From Psammoneis japonica (lineage: Eukaryota), in NCBI GenBank assembly GCA_008632985.1, contig QPGO01000275.1, positions 1-64,000 of the forward strand: a stretch of DNA of 64,000 bases, in the 5' to 3' direction. The notes under the pieces are model-generated. The model saw nothing but the letters and a program-made list of their open reading frames with translations. It had not been told where the DNA came from and did not search any database. The position numbers and the translations under genes were made by a program. Positions 53,716 to 64,000 of the stretch are shown piece after piece; position 1 is the first letter of the stretch; each line of letters opens with the position of its first letter.

Positions 53716-54502
53716 GGCGTGCTCCAGTCCTGGGTGGGACTCTGTGTGACATTCAGCCCACAGAGTTCTGCGTGCGAGCTCTGCAGTGCGAGAATTTAAC
53801 CAATGGACATTTTCATCTTCAACATCAAACAAACAGCCAAGTTTGTGGCACATTTGTGCCCATTCTCACTCGACACGTTCCAGCTCTGGGTGGGACCTCA
53901 CACTGCTGACCTGTGACAAAATGTTTTTCATCATCCGTCATGTGTTTCATGAGCACATTTCTGTGTGTTCTGTTGTAAAAAAATGTTCCACACTGCCTGT
54001 TTTGTGAAGCCAGAGGCTTTTTATTTTCTGCACTTGTGACAACAAAAATGCACTGGGTGCATTCTTCAATGTCTGAAGAACACACCCAGGAATGACACAA
54101 ACAATGCACTTCAAGTGTGAAGGAGGAGATGCATTCACAAAATTGCCTCTTTTTCTGTTGGCGATCATTTGCGTTTCAATTGCTGAACAACTTCGCCAGA
54201 GCTTGCACGCAGAATTCTGTGGGCCAAATGTCACAAAAAGTCCCACCTGGGACTGGAACCCATCACTCAAAGTTTTTGGAAATCCGCCTGCCCTGCGCCA
54301 TTCTTAAGACATTTACAAATGGTGCAGAAGAAAAAAATGTTAAAAGTTGTTGAATGGATGGCCCAACAATTGTGCCACAAAATGAAGCAAAATTCCACCA
54401 AAGTCACGTAGACACGTGCGTGCGTGACATGCGGCGTGATCCAAAAAACCATCGATGTCACAGCTCAGTGGCACAAGGTCCCACCTGGAGCTGGAATACG
54501 TC
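53716..54502. repeat. Two pairs of inverted repeats sharing a CCAG..CTGGGTGGGAC...GTGACA core
   Basis: 53720-53782 is the imperfect reverse complement of 54197-54259; 53875-53918 is that of 54457-54502. Confidence 0.75.
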
Positions 54503-57500
54503 TGGGACAAATGCGGGGATGACCCACCTTGAGGCAATTGCAGAACTGCGTGCCAGATTGCAAGATGACTCACCTTTCTGATTTTTTTTTGCACTGGAAA
54601 CTTTGTGCACGCCACACGCATCATTGCAAAAAATTGGTTGTCGCAATGACTGTGACAACAGCGACGTGTCCTTGACTGTTTGAGCATCACAGTCATTTGG
54701 TTTGTTGACTGTGAGAATGCACTCAGTTGTGAAAGTCCCCGGGTGAAGCCTCCGTTAGAAAGCAAAACATCGCGCCAATGCCGAGCTCTGTTTTTCAACA
54801 ATCATTTGATGCATTTGATCATGGAACAATTGAGAGTTCATCTGGGAGACTTTCTTGATGCACTCATGTTCCAAGGAGTGTCATTGACAGCAAAGTCCTT
54901 CTCCAGGAGCGCCGCAAACATGTTGTCGTCATTGTCGGCATTGAATGGCCGAGCAAATTGCAAAAATGGCACAACCATCATCTCTGTCTGACATTTCGCT
55001 GCTGTGTGCAACTCCTGCACATGCCCCAAGCTGTGCCAGTTAGCCTGGAAGGTGCTGGGATGTGTTGCGATCCATGGGAGGTCTTCTCTTTCCCTCTTCC
55101 ACACCACTTGCAGACCTTCCAGTTGGGAGTGCTCGCTCACTCCTGGATGGCCATCCCACATGGCTCACAGCAGATGTCACTGGATCCACCAATCAAGAGC
55201 TCGCACTCGCGCATGTAGAATGCGCACTGTGACACTCGTGTGAAAACCGCACGGTTTTAAAAAATGCCTGGATTCAGCCAATCAGAAGCTCCGAAATCAC
55301 CCTCTCACACTCTCATCAGCAACAAATCTTCACTGGGTGAAGCCATAAAAAAGAAGCTGCCGGCAATGCTGAGAAAGACGACACTGCTGTTCGATGACCT
55401 TCAAATCATCACAACAACCACAGCACTAGACAGCAGAAAAGGAGGCTGCAAGGTCAGTGCTCGGAGAAAGAGAAGTGACCAAAGTTGTCTGCTGAGAAGA
55501 GCAGAGGGCTGGTGGAAGAAAGAGGAGTGCTGCGCTGGCAGAGAAGAAGTGCAGCTGGCCAGCTCTCAGTGGTGGAATTGCAAGAGCTGAAGCTCCTTGC
55601 AAGGGTGGAAAGATGCCACAGAAGAACTTGGCCATGGCAATGATGGTGGTGGCTTTTCTGAAAAAGAAAGCAAGGAGATGAACAGTCTTGGGGGAGTCAT
55701 GGTGCAATGCCTTGCAGCTGTTTAAGCTCAACTTGGGTGCCTTTGGCTTTTGGCCTGGGGTGCTTTGCGGAGCAGCCCCAGCACACAAAAGATTTGTTGG
55801 CAGCAGGAAGCTTGTTGGCAGCCCATTTGGGGAACCATCCTGCTGCTGAGAAGTTGTGGCATGGCTTCCACAAGTCAGGTGGGGTCCAAAGGTTGCTTCA
55901 TTTCCCCCTCACACCACAAAAAACAATGCCCAAGTTGACAGCCCTCCTGGGAACTGGTGCGCCCTGCCACACGCACGGAGGTGGGTGCACAAGAATGGCA
56001 GATGTCACACAAGGGTGGCACCTGAGTCAACAGGGTAGTTGCTCCTCATCTCAAAGCTCCTGGATTGTGAAAAAAAGGGCCAGCAAAATAGCCTCCCTTG
56101 AAGAGTCAGGCAAAAAACTCTGCCCTCCATTTTGCTGCCTTTGTCAGTGCCAAACAATGAACTCATGTGGTTCATTGACATCAGAGGTGCTGCCTTCAGC
56201 TGCAATGTGCAGACTTTGCCAGCAGCCCCATGCCAGTCAATCTGGAGCAAGAGAAAGAGCACAAGCACAGAAATGCAGGTGGCAATGAGAGCCTCAAAAG
56301 ATGACATCTGAAAAGCTTGCCACTGACGACATCAAGCACAGTGGGTCATGACAGAAACACTCACAAACAGCACTCACCACAGTGCCAGCAGACAGCCCAG
56401 CCAGACACATGCTGCACACTTGCATTTGTGCTCTTCACTGCCATGCCAGCTTGAGCTCTCAAACAAGAGAGGGCTGCTTGCTGGCATGGTCTTTAGAGTG
56501 GAGCAATGTGACATGACAGCAGAAAATCAAGGAACTCTGTGGAGTTGCTCTCATGCAGAAATGCTTTTGCTTGACAAAGCTGAGAGCAAGCATCACAGCA
56601 CAGGCAAGAATGATGACAACAGCACTGCTCACAGCACAGGCAATGATGACAACAGTGCTGAAGCAGCTGTGCTGGTGAAAGTGCTCTCACAAGCAGCAAC
56701 TCTGCCACATGTGTTGCAGCCAAGTCTCAAGCAACACACTTTTGTTGAAAGGGCTCAACTGTGCCACATTGTTGGCCATCTTGTGCAATGCTCATGTCCA
56801 GTCTTCACACAACACAAGCTGCCACATGGTGTGGGGTGTGCCAATTGACAGGGAGCCAAGCTGAGCTGGCTTCACTTGCCCTTGACTTTGTTTTGAGAAA
56901 TGCAGCTGCTCTTGCTGAGCAAGACATTGAGGGGTGCCATTGCAAGTGTGAACAGTGCCAGCCACACCTGTGCACACGGTGCTGCAGCGCTTCTTCTTGA
57001 GCTCTGAGATTGTGATGAGACAACTTTGTCTTCCACACAACAGGCGTGAGCTCTGCACTGTTGAGTGTGCTGAGAAAAAAGATGAGCTGCAACACAAAGG
57101 GGGTGAGCAACCGGTGTGAATGACAAGAAGCAAGGCAGCTTTTGCCCACTTTCAGGCTGCAACTCTTTTCACTGATGCACTCGCCAGAACAAAAAGGGCA
57201 TTGAGTGCTTCTCACGGGGGAGATTCTGAGCTGGCGCCGGACTGTGCCACAGCTTTGAAAAGTGACACACATTTGTTGACAGCCCTGGAAATGACATTTG
57301 TGTCATTTTTTAAGTTGGATGAAAAACAACACATGCATTGTCTGAAGTCAATGACATGGAAAACTGACGTTTCAACTCAACTCACACGTCAAATGTCTCA
57401 TGGCGTTAAAACATTGGCTGGAATTGCATGTGAATTTGTTGATTCATTGCAGTGCGAACTGTTTGAGTCAGTGGTCAAGAGGCAAAAAAGGGAATGAGGA

Positions 57501-57774
57501 ATCCCGAAGGACAAGCCCCGTTGAAGGTGTGACGCGATTTTTTAAAAATGCTCGGCTCTGATTGGCTGAGGAGATCTGTGTGATGCAGTTTTTTAATCAG
57601 TTCCTAAAAACATCGTAGACTCGGGTCGAGCTCCACAATCAATCTAAAATCATCTAAAATGATCGGGAGCTCCGGCGCTAAAAGGGTCTAAAATGGAGAT
57701 GTTGAAAATGGAACGCCAGTGTCCACAAAACGCAGCATTTTTGAACGCTTTTGTTGCAACGGGAAACAACAGAG

Positions 57775-57850
57775 TCTCTTTTCTCTTTTTTTCTCTTTTC
57801 TTTTCTCTTCTTTCTTTTTCTTTCCTTTTTCTCCTCCTCTGTTCCCTCTC
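57775..57850 (+). repeat. Polypyrimidine (CTTTT-like) low-complexity tract
   Basis: tctcttttctctttttttctcttttcttttctcttc... Confidence 0.85.
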
Positions 57851-60289
57851 GGTCTAAAATGCGCTCCAGCAACATGGTATAAAAACCTCCCGCATTGATT
57901 TCCATGGGCACAACATCCCGTAGAAACCATTCTATAATCAACTTTATCTAAAATTGAAAAAATTAATAAATTTGGTGTTCGCAGAAACTTGACTAGTTCG
58001 ACTGCTCGTTTTTGCCCGCTCGCCCACGCACTGAAACACGAGGGAAGTCGACAAACCATGATGGAAAAGAGCCGATGCGGCCCCGTTCTTGAAAACCACC
58101 TGTCAGTGGCTAAATTAATTTTGCAGACTTGTTCATAATGCCACAATTGAGTGCATGTCAAAATTGATTTAGCCACAGGGAGAAATTGAAGAAGATGTTG
58201 TCTCGAACAGCTGCAGGCACACATTTCTCCAGAACATGTCAGAGGCAAATCGACCTTGCTCAGTTCTGCTCATTCCATCAAAAGGGGGCACCAGGTGAAT
58301 CCCTTGAGCATGTGTTGTTGTGCCCACCCCTTGATGTTGAAAGGACGGTTTTGACTTTTCTGCAGCAACAGGTGTCGGCAGCAAGTGCTGTTGGACACGA
58401 AGAATTGGCCTGGTGATGAGAGCAAATTCAAGACGCGCTGCTGTCAATGTCAGAGAATGTAAGAGAACAAACAAATGATTCAAAGGTTGGTGAGATTGTC
58501 GAAAACTGGGACAAGGAGAAAGCAGCGAATTCATTTCAACTGAGCAGAGGTGGGCTTGCCGCCGCAACATTTGGGTGTTGTTCTTGTTTGTTCTTGTCGC
58601 CCTCTCGGTCTGAATGCAACATAAAACAATTGGAGCAACAGATGTTTGCATTTGTCTTCACCCACTTTGTCACAATGCTCAACGTTGCAAATGACATTGC
58701 CACTCTGAAGAGACACGAGAGCGAGCGGCATGAGAGTGAGGTTGACGACGAGCTAACTTCCCCGGGACTTTCCCACTCTGGTCAGCTTAAACTCACCTCC
58801 AATGTTCAGTGAAAATGGCAAGAGCATTCCCAATTGACTTTGTGTTGCCATCGACAAGTGTTTCTTGAAACAGTTGTCGTCAGTTCCGGCCGACGTCTTT
58901 GACATTGCGATGGGAGCGGCGACGGTTGCGAGTTTTATTTTTCTGAAATTTGAGGTTTGTCTTCTGTGATCATGTTGTGGACAAACAAATGTTGTGCGAA
59001 CACCACCATCGCTGGCACGATGTTGTGCCCATGAGTGGTGAAGACCCAGCACAAAACCCCCGTAGAAAAATCGTGCACGCCTTGTTCGGTCTGGTCGGAT
59101 CTTTGCACGGGAGCGATTCGTACACCAGAAGCATGCCAGCGGGGGGATGGACAGGCAGGCACAATCAGGGGGGCACCAGAGGTGCACAAATCGTCTTGTC
59201 GTCTGTGCGTGTGCTTCCTTGCGCACAATCAATGCGCGAATGCGTGAATGACAAAACGATGAGGTGGCTCACGGATGCAGGTGGGCTACGAAAGTGTCTG
59301 TGATGACGTGCTGCACGTGAGAGAATTTTCATGGGGCAAAGTTCCAAATTTTTGCAAATTCGCCGCGACGCAACGCGTGCCAAATGACAAGTTTGGGTCC
59401 ACATTCTGCCATGCCCGACAACACAATCACTTTTGCTGACATCAGACACTCCGTGCAATGTTCCAAGGTCACAGTTGCTGGCACATGATCCAAGCCAATG
59501 CAATTGGATCGAATGCAAAAAGCACTTTGCCGACATTGCCAAGTGCTGCATTGACGCACAAATGCCGCATCCGTTGTTGGGTTGTTGTTGCGTTCCAGAT
59601 GGGACGAAGAAATCTGCTGTTGCATTGAGAGCATCATTTGTTCATCTGATTGGGGAGGGTTCAAAGGAAAAGGTGAAATGGTCATTGCAAGGCATCATTT
59701 TTACCTCACATTGATGGAGAGGATGGGAACAAGGCAGTCCATGCGCCTCAGTGCGGATGATGGAGGGCATGTCCAGTTAGAGCCTTTGCCTGGTGCTGGA
59801 GGGGCATTTGGCAACATTGCTGCGCCCATGGATGCAGACACTGCCCACAGAATGGGCATTGTGCATGATTCTGAATGCACTTTCCTCCGGTTTGAGGCTT
59901 GAGACTTTGTTTCGCGTCAACGATGGAGAATGTAGAAAAGGTGGATCGTAAGTGCCACAGAGCGAACGCACCGACGGATTGCATGGCAATGTTCTGGACC
60001 GCCTCTCACCATTTTGCCACTTGTTTGTAGACACTTGGGTTGTCACTGCCTCAGGAGCTGCATCAAGTTTGACAGAGCCGGCAAGTCACGGACAAAACAG
60101 CACAAAAAATAGAGAAGTGGACAGGGCTGCTTGCAAAGCGCAACTGTCCTCACTGTTGAGGCTGGCTTTCAAGAAAGATTTCACGGGACACAAGGGAGTG
60201 CTGGAAGCAGTTCGTTTGTGTTGTTCTGGATTGGGAATTGAGAATTTTGGCTTGGCAGTGCAGCTCTGCTCTAGTCTAAACTAACATCT

Positions 60290-60450
60290 GCATGCCTTCT
60301 CCACAAACTCCCGCACAGCATGAGTTTCTTCACTGGCAAGGACGTGGTCTTCAGGCTCATCATGTTGGAGCATCATCCACATGCCCTCAACACAGTCACA
60401 GGCTTTTCCCTGATCATGCTTTGCATCAATGTTTCCCAGGTGCAAAGAAG
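60290..60450 (-). pseudogene. gmd: GDP-mannose 4,6-dehydratase internal fragment
   Basis: '[51 protein letters not shown]' matches the GMD consensus LxLGNxDAKRDWGxAxDYVExMWxMLQxDEPxDY/FVxAxxExHxVREFVEK. Confidence 0.85.
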
Positions 60451-61199
60451 ATGAAGAGCCTGCAAGGAGCCCCACTCCGGATCACACGAACAGCACGAGA
60501 AACCAATGATGAAATGAGTCAACTTGACAAAGGAGCCATTGGATCTCGCAGAGTGCTTTGAAAGAACCGGCAGCGCAAACTAAGAAAACGTTGTTCGAAA
60601 GCGAGCCAGTGACGTTCTGTTATTTTATCGGGATGTCATTCCCAAACCGCAGCCGGAAACCTTAACCACAACAACACAAGCATCTTTTTGCTGCACTCCA
60701 GTCCACACCCAAATCATAAGTCAGCCACCGGTGCCATCCTCATGTTGCCCGGGAACAGGCGCAGGTGAAAAATTGACGTCCGTTGCTGGCGCACAATGTC
60801 GATTCCAGAGAACGTGTGCAACAGTGAGTGCGATGAAACAATCAAGAGCCTTTTCGTCTTCATTGTCCAAAAAACATTTGTTGCACGTGCGTCGCGAGTC
60901 GTTGATGATTTCCGGGAGGAACACACCAGCAGGTGTGCATCAAAAGCCATGGATGTTGCATTGCGGGAGGGATTGAAGGCAGTGGCGAAACGGGCGAACA
61001 AAAAAGAGGATGTCAGCAAAGGAGAGTGACAACAACAATGCACCTTTTCAATCTTGCCTTGCTGTTCATTGCTGTGCATTGTCAAGAAGTGACAAACAGC
61101 TGTCCCATCTCATCCGCAAAAAGGATGGAAAACCACGGACACTGACACCACCGCGCACGCACACACGACAGTCCATCCAGCTTCAACTGGAGCAGGTCC

Positions 61200-61915
61200 A
61201 TTGACAATGCCTGTGGCAATGCACAAGAAATGAACAACACAGTCTGTGAGAATTTATCTTCTGCATGCTGTCAAAACCGGCAGGGCTCGCCCACCATTTT
61301 GCTTCGCTCAAACAACAGATGCAACCAAGCCACTTCAGAACAGATCAACTGACAGATGCTTCCTGTGGCAATGGCACAAGAGAAACAGACAACAGAGTCC
61401 GTGAGTGTGTGTCTTCAACATGCAGCTGTCCAAGCCATGAACTGTAAAAAGCAGAGAATGCGAGCTCACAAGATGGGCGCACCGTTTTTTGAATCACCAG
61501 AACAACCGATGCAACCCAAGCAATTCGGATTGAATGAACCAACAGATGCTTCCTGTGGCAATGGCACAATGAACAGATGACAGAGCCCGTGAGAGTGCAA
61601 TGGTTCTTTGACATGTGGCCATCCAAGCCATGAACCGCAAAAAGCAGAGAGTGCGAGCACGTGAGAACTGAGTGCCGTTTTGCTTCGCCCAAACAACAAT
61701 TGAAACCAACCCAATTCAGACCCATCAACTGACAGATGCTTCCTGTGGCAATGGCGCAACAAACAGAAAATGGAGTCCGTGAGAGTGCTGCTTTGATTTG
61801 GCCAAACCACAAACTGCAACAACAGGAAAAAACAAGCTTGTGAGAACTGCGCACCGTTTTGCATCACCCAAACAAGTCATGCAACCAAACCCACTCGGAT
61901 TCGATCAACCCACAG
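61200..61915. repeat. Tandem array, ~190 bp unit, ~3.5 copies
   Basis: acagatgcttcctgtggcaatggc at ~61352, 61542, 61732; degenerate copy at ~61203. Confidence 0.85.
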
Positions 61916-62476
61916 TTGTGACACTGCCGGACCCCTTTGACATGTTGTAACTTGGGAGATGTTTGGTGCCGGGAACACACAATTGCCGGGCAAAATTCAT
62001 CCTGAGAGAAGCCAAGAGGTCGTAAGTCTAAATTGCACATTTTCTCCACAACCAACAGCCCTGCTGCACTTTGCTTGCCATCACAAATGAAGCAGATGTT
62101 GTAGATGGAGAAGGAAGCAGTGAGTCGAGGTGTCACAGCTCTGCTTTCGAAAGAGAGCTGTGTGATGTGTTGATGATGCGTCGTGTTGTTGTGTGCAGAT
62201 TTTGGCGATCGAACCGCTTCTCGCCCCATAAAAATTCTCTCAGGTACGGCACGTCGTCACAGCCGGAAGTACCGTCGTGATCCACCTCATCGTTTTGTCG
62301 TTCGTGCGCGCGCTGAGTGTGCGAATGCGCGTGTGCGAACGACAACAGACGATTTATGAACCTCTGGGGGGCACTGTGAACACCATCCAGGCTAACACAC
62401 TGCCAAACTCAAACACAGACAAAAAAACTCCCTCCGACACAACTCAAATCTGCAACACACAATGATGTGCGCCGTC

Positions 62477-62915
62477 GGTGTCCCACTTTACGGCGTGATA
62501 TCTCAATGACTCTTTCACCGATTTTCCCGTTTCTTGTTTCCTTCTTAACGATAACATCACGATGAATTCCAAAAGCTTGGTCCCATTCTGTGTCAATCAG
62601 AATTATGGATTTCTGTTTTGTCCAAAGCCAGGTCAGTGAAATTTGGTTCGAGTGAGGTGTCCCACTTTACGGCGTGATATCTCAAAGAAGCTTTAACCCA
62701 TTTTCCCGTTTCTTGTTTCCTTCTTAACGATAACATCACGATGCATCCCACAAGCTTGGTCCCATTCTGTGTCAATGAGAATTATGGATTTCTGTTTTGT
62801 CCAACGCCAGGTCAGTGAAATTTGGTGCGAGTGAGGTGTCCCACTTTGCGGGGTGATGTCTCAATGATACTTTCACCGATTTCCCCGTTTCTTGTTTCAT
62901 TCTTAATGAGAATTG
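62477..62915. repeat. Tandem array, 179 bp unit, ~2.4 copies, high identity
   Basis: ggtgtcccacttt at 62477, 62656, 62835. Confidence 0.92.
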
Positions 62916-63163
62916 TCCAATTGACTTCAAGACGTTGGGCTCGTTACACAGTGTTGAGCTTTAAGCACAGAAATATTTGCCCAAAATTTGCCACCAAAGA
63001 ATGTCCTCACTAAAATTTTAAATTTTAGAAGCGCGCACGAAGGAGACCGGTGCGTCTAATTGGCTACGAATAAAATGAAACGGTGAGTTCTGTCTACAGC
63101 TGGCTGTACGTTGCACACCATGTGCATGTGTTGTGTAATGCATGCATGTACTACTAACCAATT

Positions 63164-64000
63164 TTAATTATCTACCAAGACGTGCAGATTTAGTTCTCGA
63201 AGCGCCTGGTCGCTTGGATCAATCCAGTTCTTTCGGAGGCTATGCTCTATGTGTGCTCTGCCACGTCTGCCCCAATGCTCGGCACCTGGTCCATTGAACT
63301 CAGCCCTTACCCAAGCCATTTTTGTCAGAGACTCAGGTTTTTTATAGTTCTTGTCAAACACACCAGCAATCATCCGTGATCGGAGGTACAGTGCTGCCAG
63401 GCAACACGTGAAAATCCCGCAGTCTTGGGATCTACTGTATTGAGCAGGCATCTTCTGACAATGATGGAAAACACTGTGCTCCTTCCAAAGAGAAGATGTC
63501 TTCAGATATTCCGAAACCCTCTCTGCTATTGCCTTTGAGCCACTTGGGTAGGAATCGAAATAAATGAAAATCCCGTCATCCCACAACGTCCGGTCCACTA
63601 CCAGAAGAGAGAAGTGGCCGTACGAAGCATCACCGGTAAAAATAGGCGCAAAAATAAGGTTGTCATTTTCAAAATCAATTTGGTGTCCTCCTCTGTTTGA
63701 GTACGCTTTCCATGATCCACTGGAGAAAAAGGAGTCATCCGCAGCTTTTACGCCCTGATCAAAATGAGGCCGCACCAAAGTATTGAGATAACCTCGCACC
63801 ACTGAACCTTTAATCATTTGACCTTGCCGCCGGAGCTCCGACATAAAAGCACAAGATATCACAGCATCTCCAACATTTGGAAGGGCTGGATTCTGCCCTG
63901 GTGTCGTGAGGTCGTCACTCTCGCCCAAAATGGAGTCAGCCATTGCGCCGCACCCAACTTGCTCGGCTGAAACGTCATCAGATGTTTTCAGGGGCTTCTT
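63164..64000 (-). CDS. Ulp1/SENP-like (peptidase C48) domain protein, 5'-truncated by the window edge; probably the C-terminus of a transposon protein
   Basis: 'IFAPIF...GHFSLLVVD...IYFDS...PAQ..SQDCGIF' (His/Asp/Gln/Cys catalytic pattern). The frame stays open from 63943 to 64000; 9 Tyr in 259 aa and no stops. Confidence 0.8.
   Translation of the reverse strand, partial: KKPLKTSDDVSAEQVGCGAMADSILGESDDLTTPGQNPALPNVGDAVISCAFMSELRRQGQMIKGSVVRGYLNTLVRPHFDQGVKAADDSFFSSGSWKAYSNRGGHQIDFENDNLIFAPIFTGDASYGHFSLLVVDRTLWDDGIFIYFDSYPSGSKAIAERVSEYLKTSSLWKEHSVFHHCQKMPAQYSRSQDCGIFTCCLAALYLRSRMIAGVFDKNYKKPESLTKMAWVRAEFNGPGAEHWGRRGRAHIEHSLRKNWIDPSDQALRELNLHVLVDN

Noticed and set aside
57678..57941. Lys/Arg/Glu-rich ORF
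   Set aside because: Reverse-strand translation of the polypyrimidine tract.
1..62200. Hundreds of overlapping 60-200 aa ORFs as real genes
   Set aside because: Explained by loss of TAA/TAG through TpA depletion; only motif-supported frames were kept.
1..62200. Alternative genetic code (Tyr encoded by TGY/CAY, or TGA readthrough)
   Set aside because: The intact ORF at 63164-64000 uses normal TAY codons; non-coding repeats show the same changes; frameshifts are common.
1..62200. Classical fungal RIP or CpG decay alone
   Set aside because: RIP creates TpA rather than removing it; CpG decay cannot turn TAY into TGY/CAY.
61200..62915. CRISPR-like arrays (also 29250-30900)
   Set aside because: Whole units are homologous with no unique spacers; no cas genes; eukaryotic context.

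Overview
Eukaryotic, repeat-rich and almost entirely pseudogenised region. It is most likely from a pennate diatom (inferred from CoDi-type Copia, CryptonS-type and Ambal-type elements). It holds a complete two-LTR Copia element (4032-9904) inserted into a kynurenine-3-monooxygenase-like gene, a Crypton tyrosine-recombinase transposon in tandem with a deleted copy, an ~8 kb APE-RT-RNaseH LINE, PIF/Harbinger, Dada-like and DIRS-like relics, dead host-gene copies (SET-MYND, lipase 3, ankyrin, GDP-mannose dehydratase fragment), a triplicated segment and several ~180-bp tandem arrays. The main finding is a region-wide, context-specific hypermutation that removes TpA (TA->TG or TA->CA, i.e. A:T->G:C), on top of ordinary CpG decay. 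Conserved Tyr codons have become Cys/His in nearly every element, including YxDD motifs and the recombinase's predicted catalytic Tyr. Paralogous copies show TA versus TG/CA directly, and surviving TAs are mostly YTAR. The signature fades near 62-63 kb, where an intact Tyr-containing Ulp1-type protease ORF lies. This looks like a 'reverse-RIP' genome-defence process that I do not recognise as described. All calls come from motif recognition by eye; no searches or counts were run by software.
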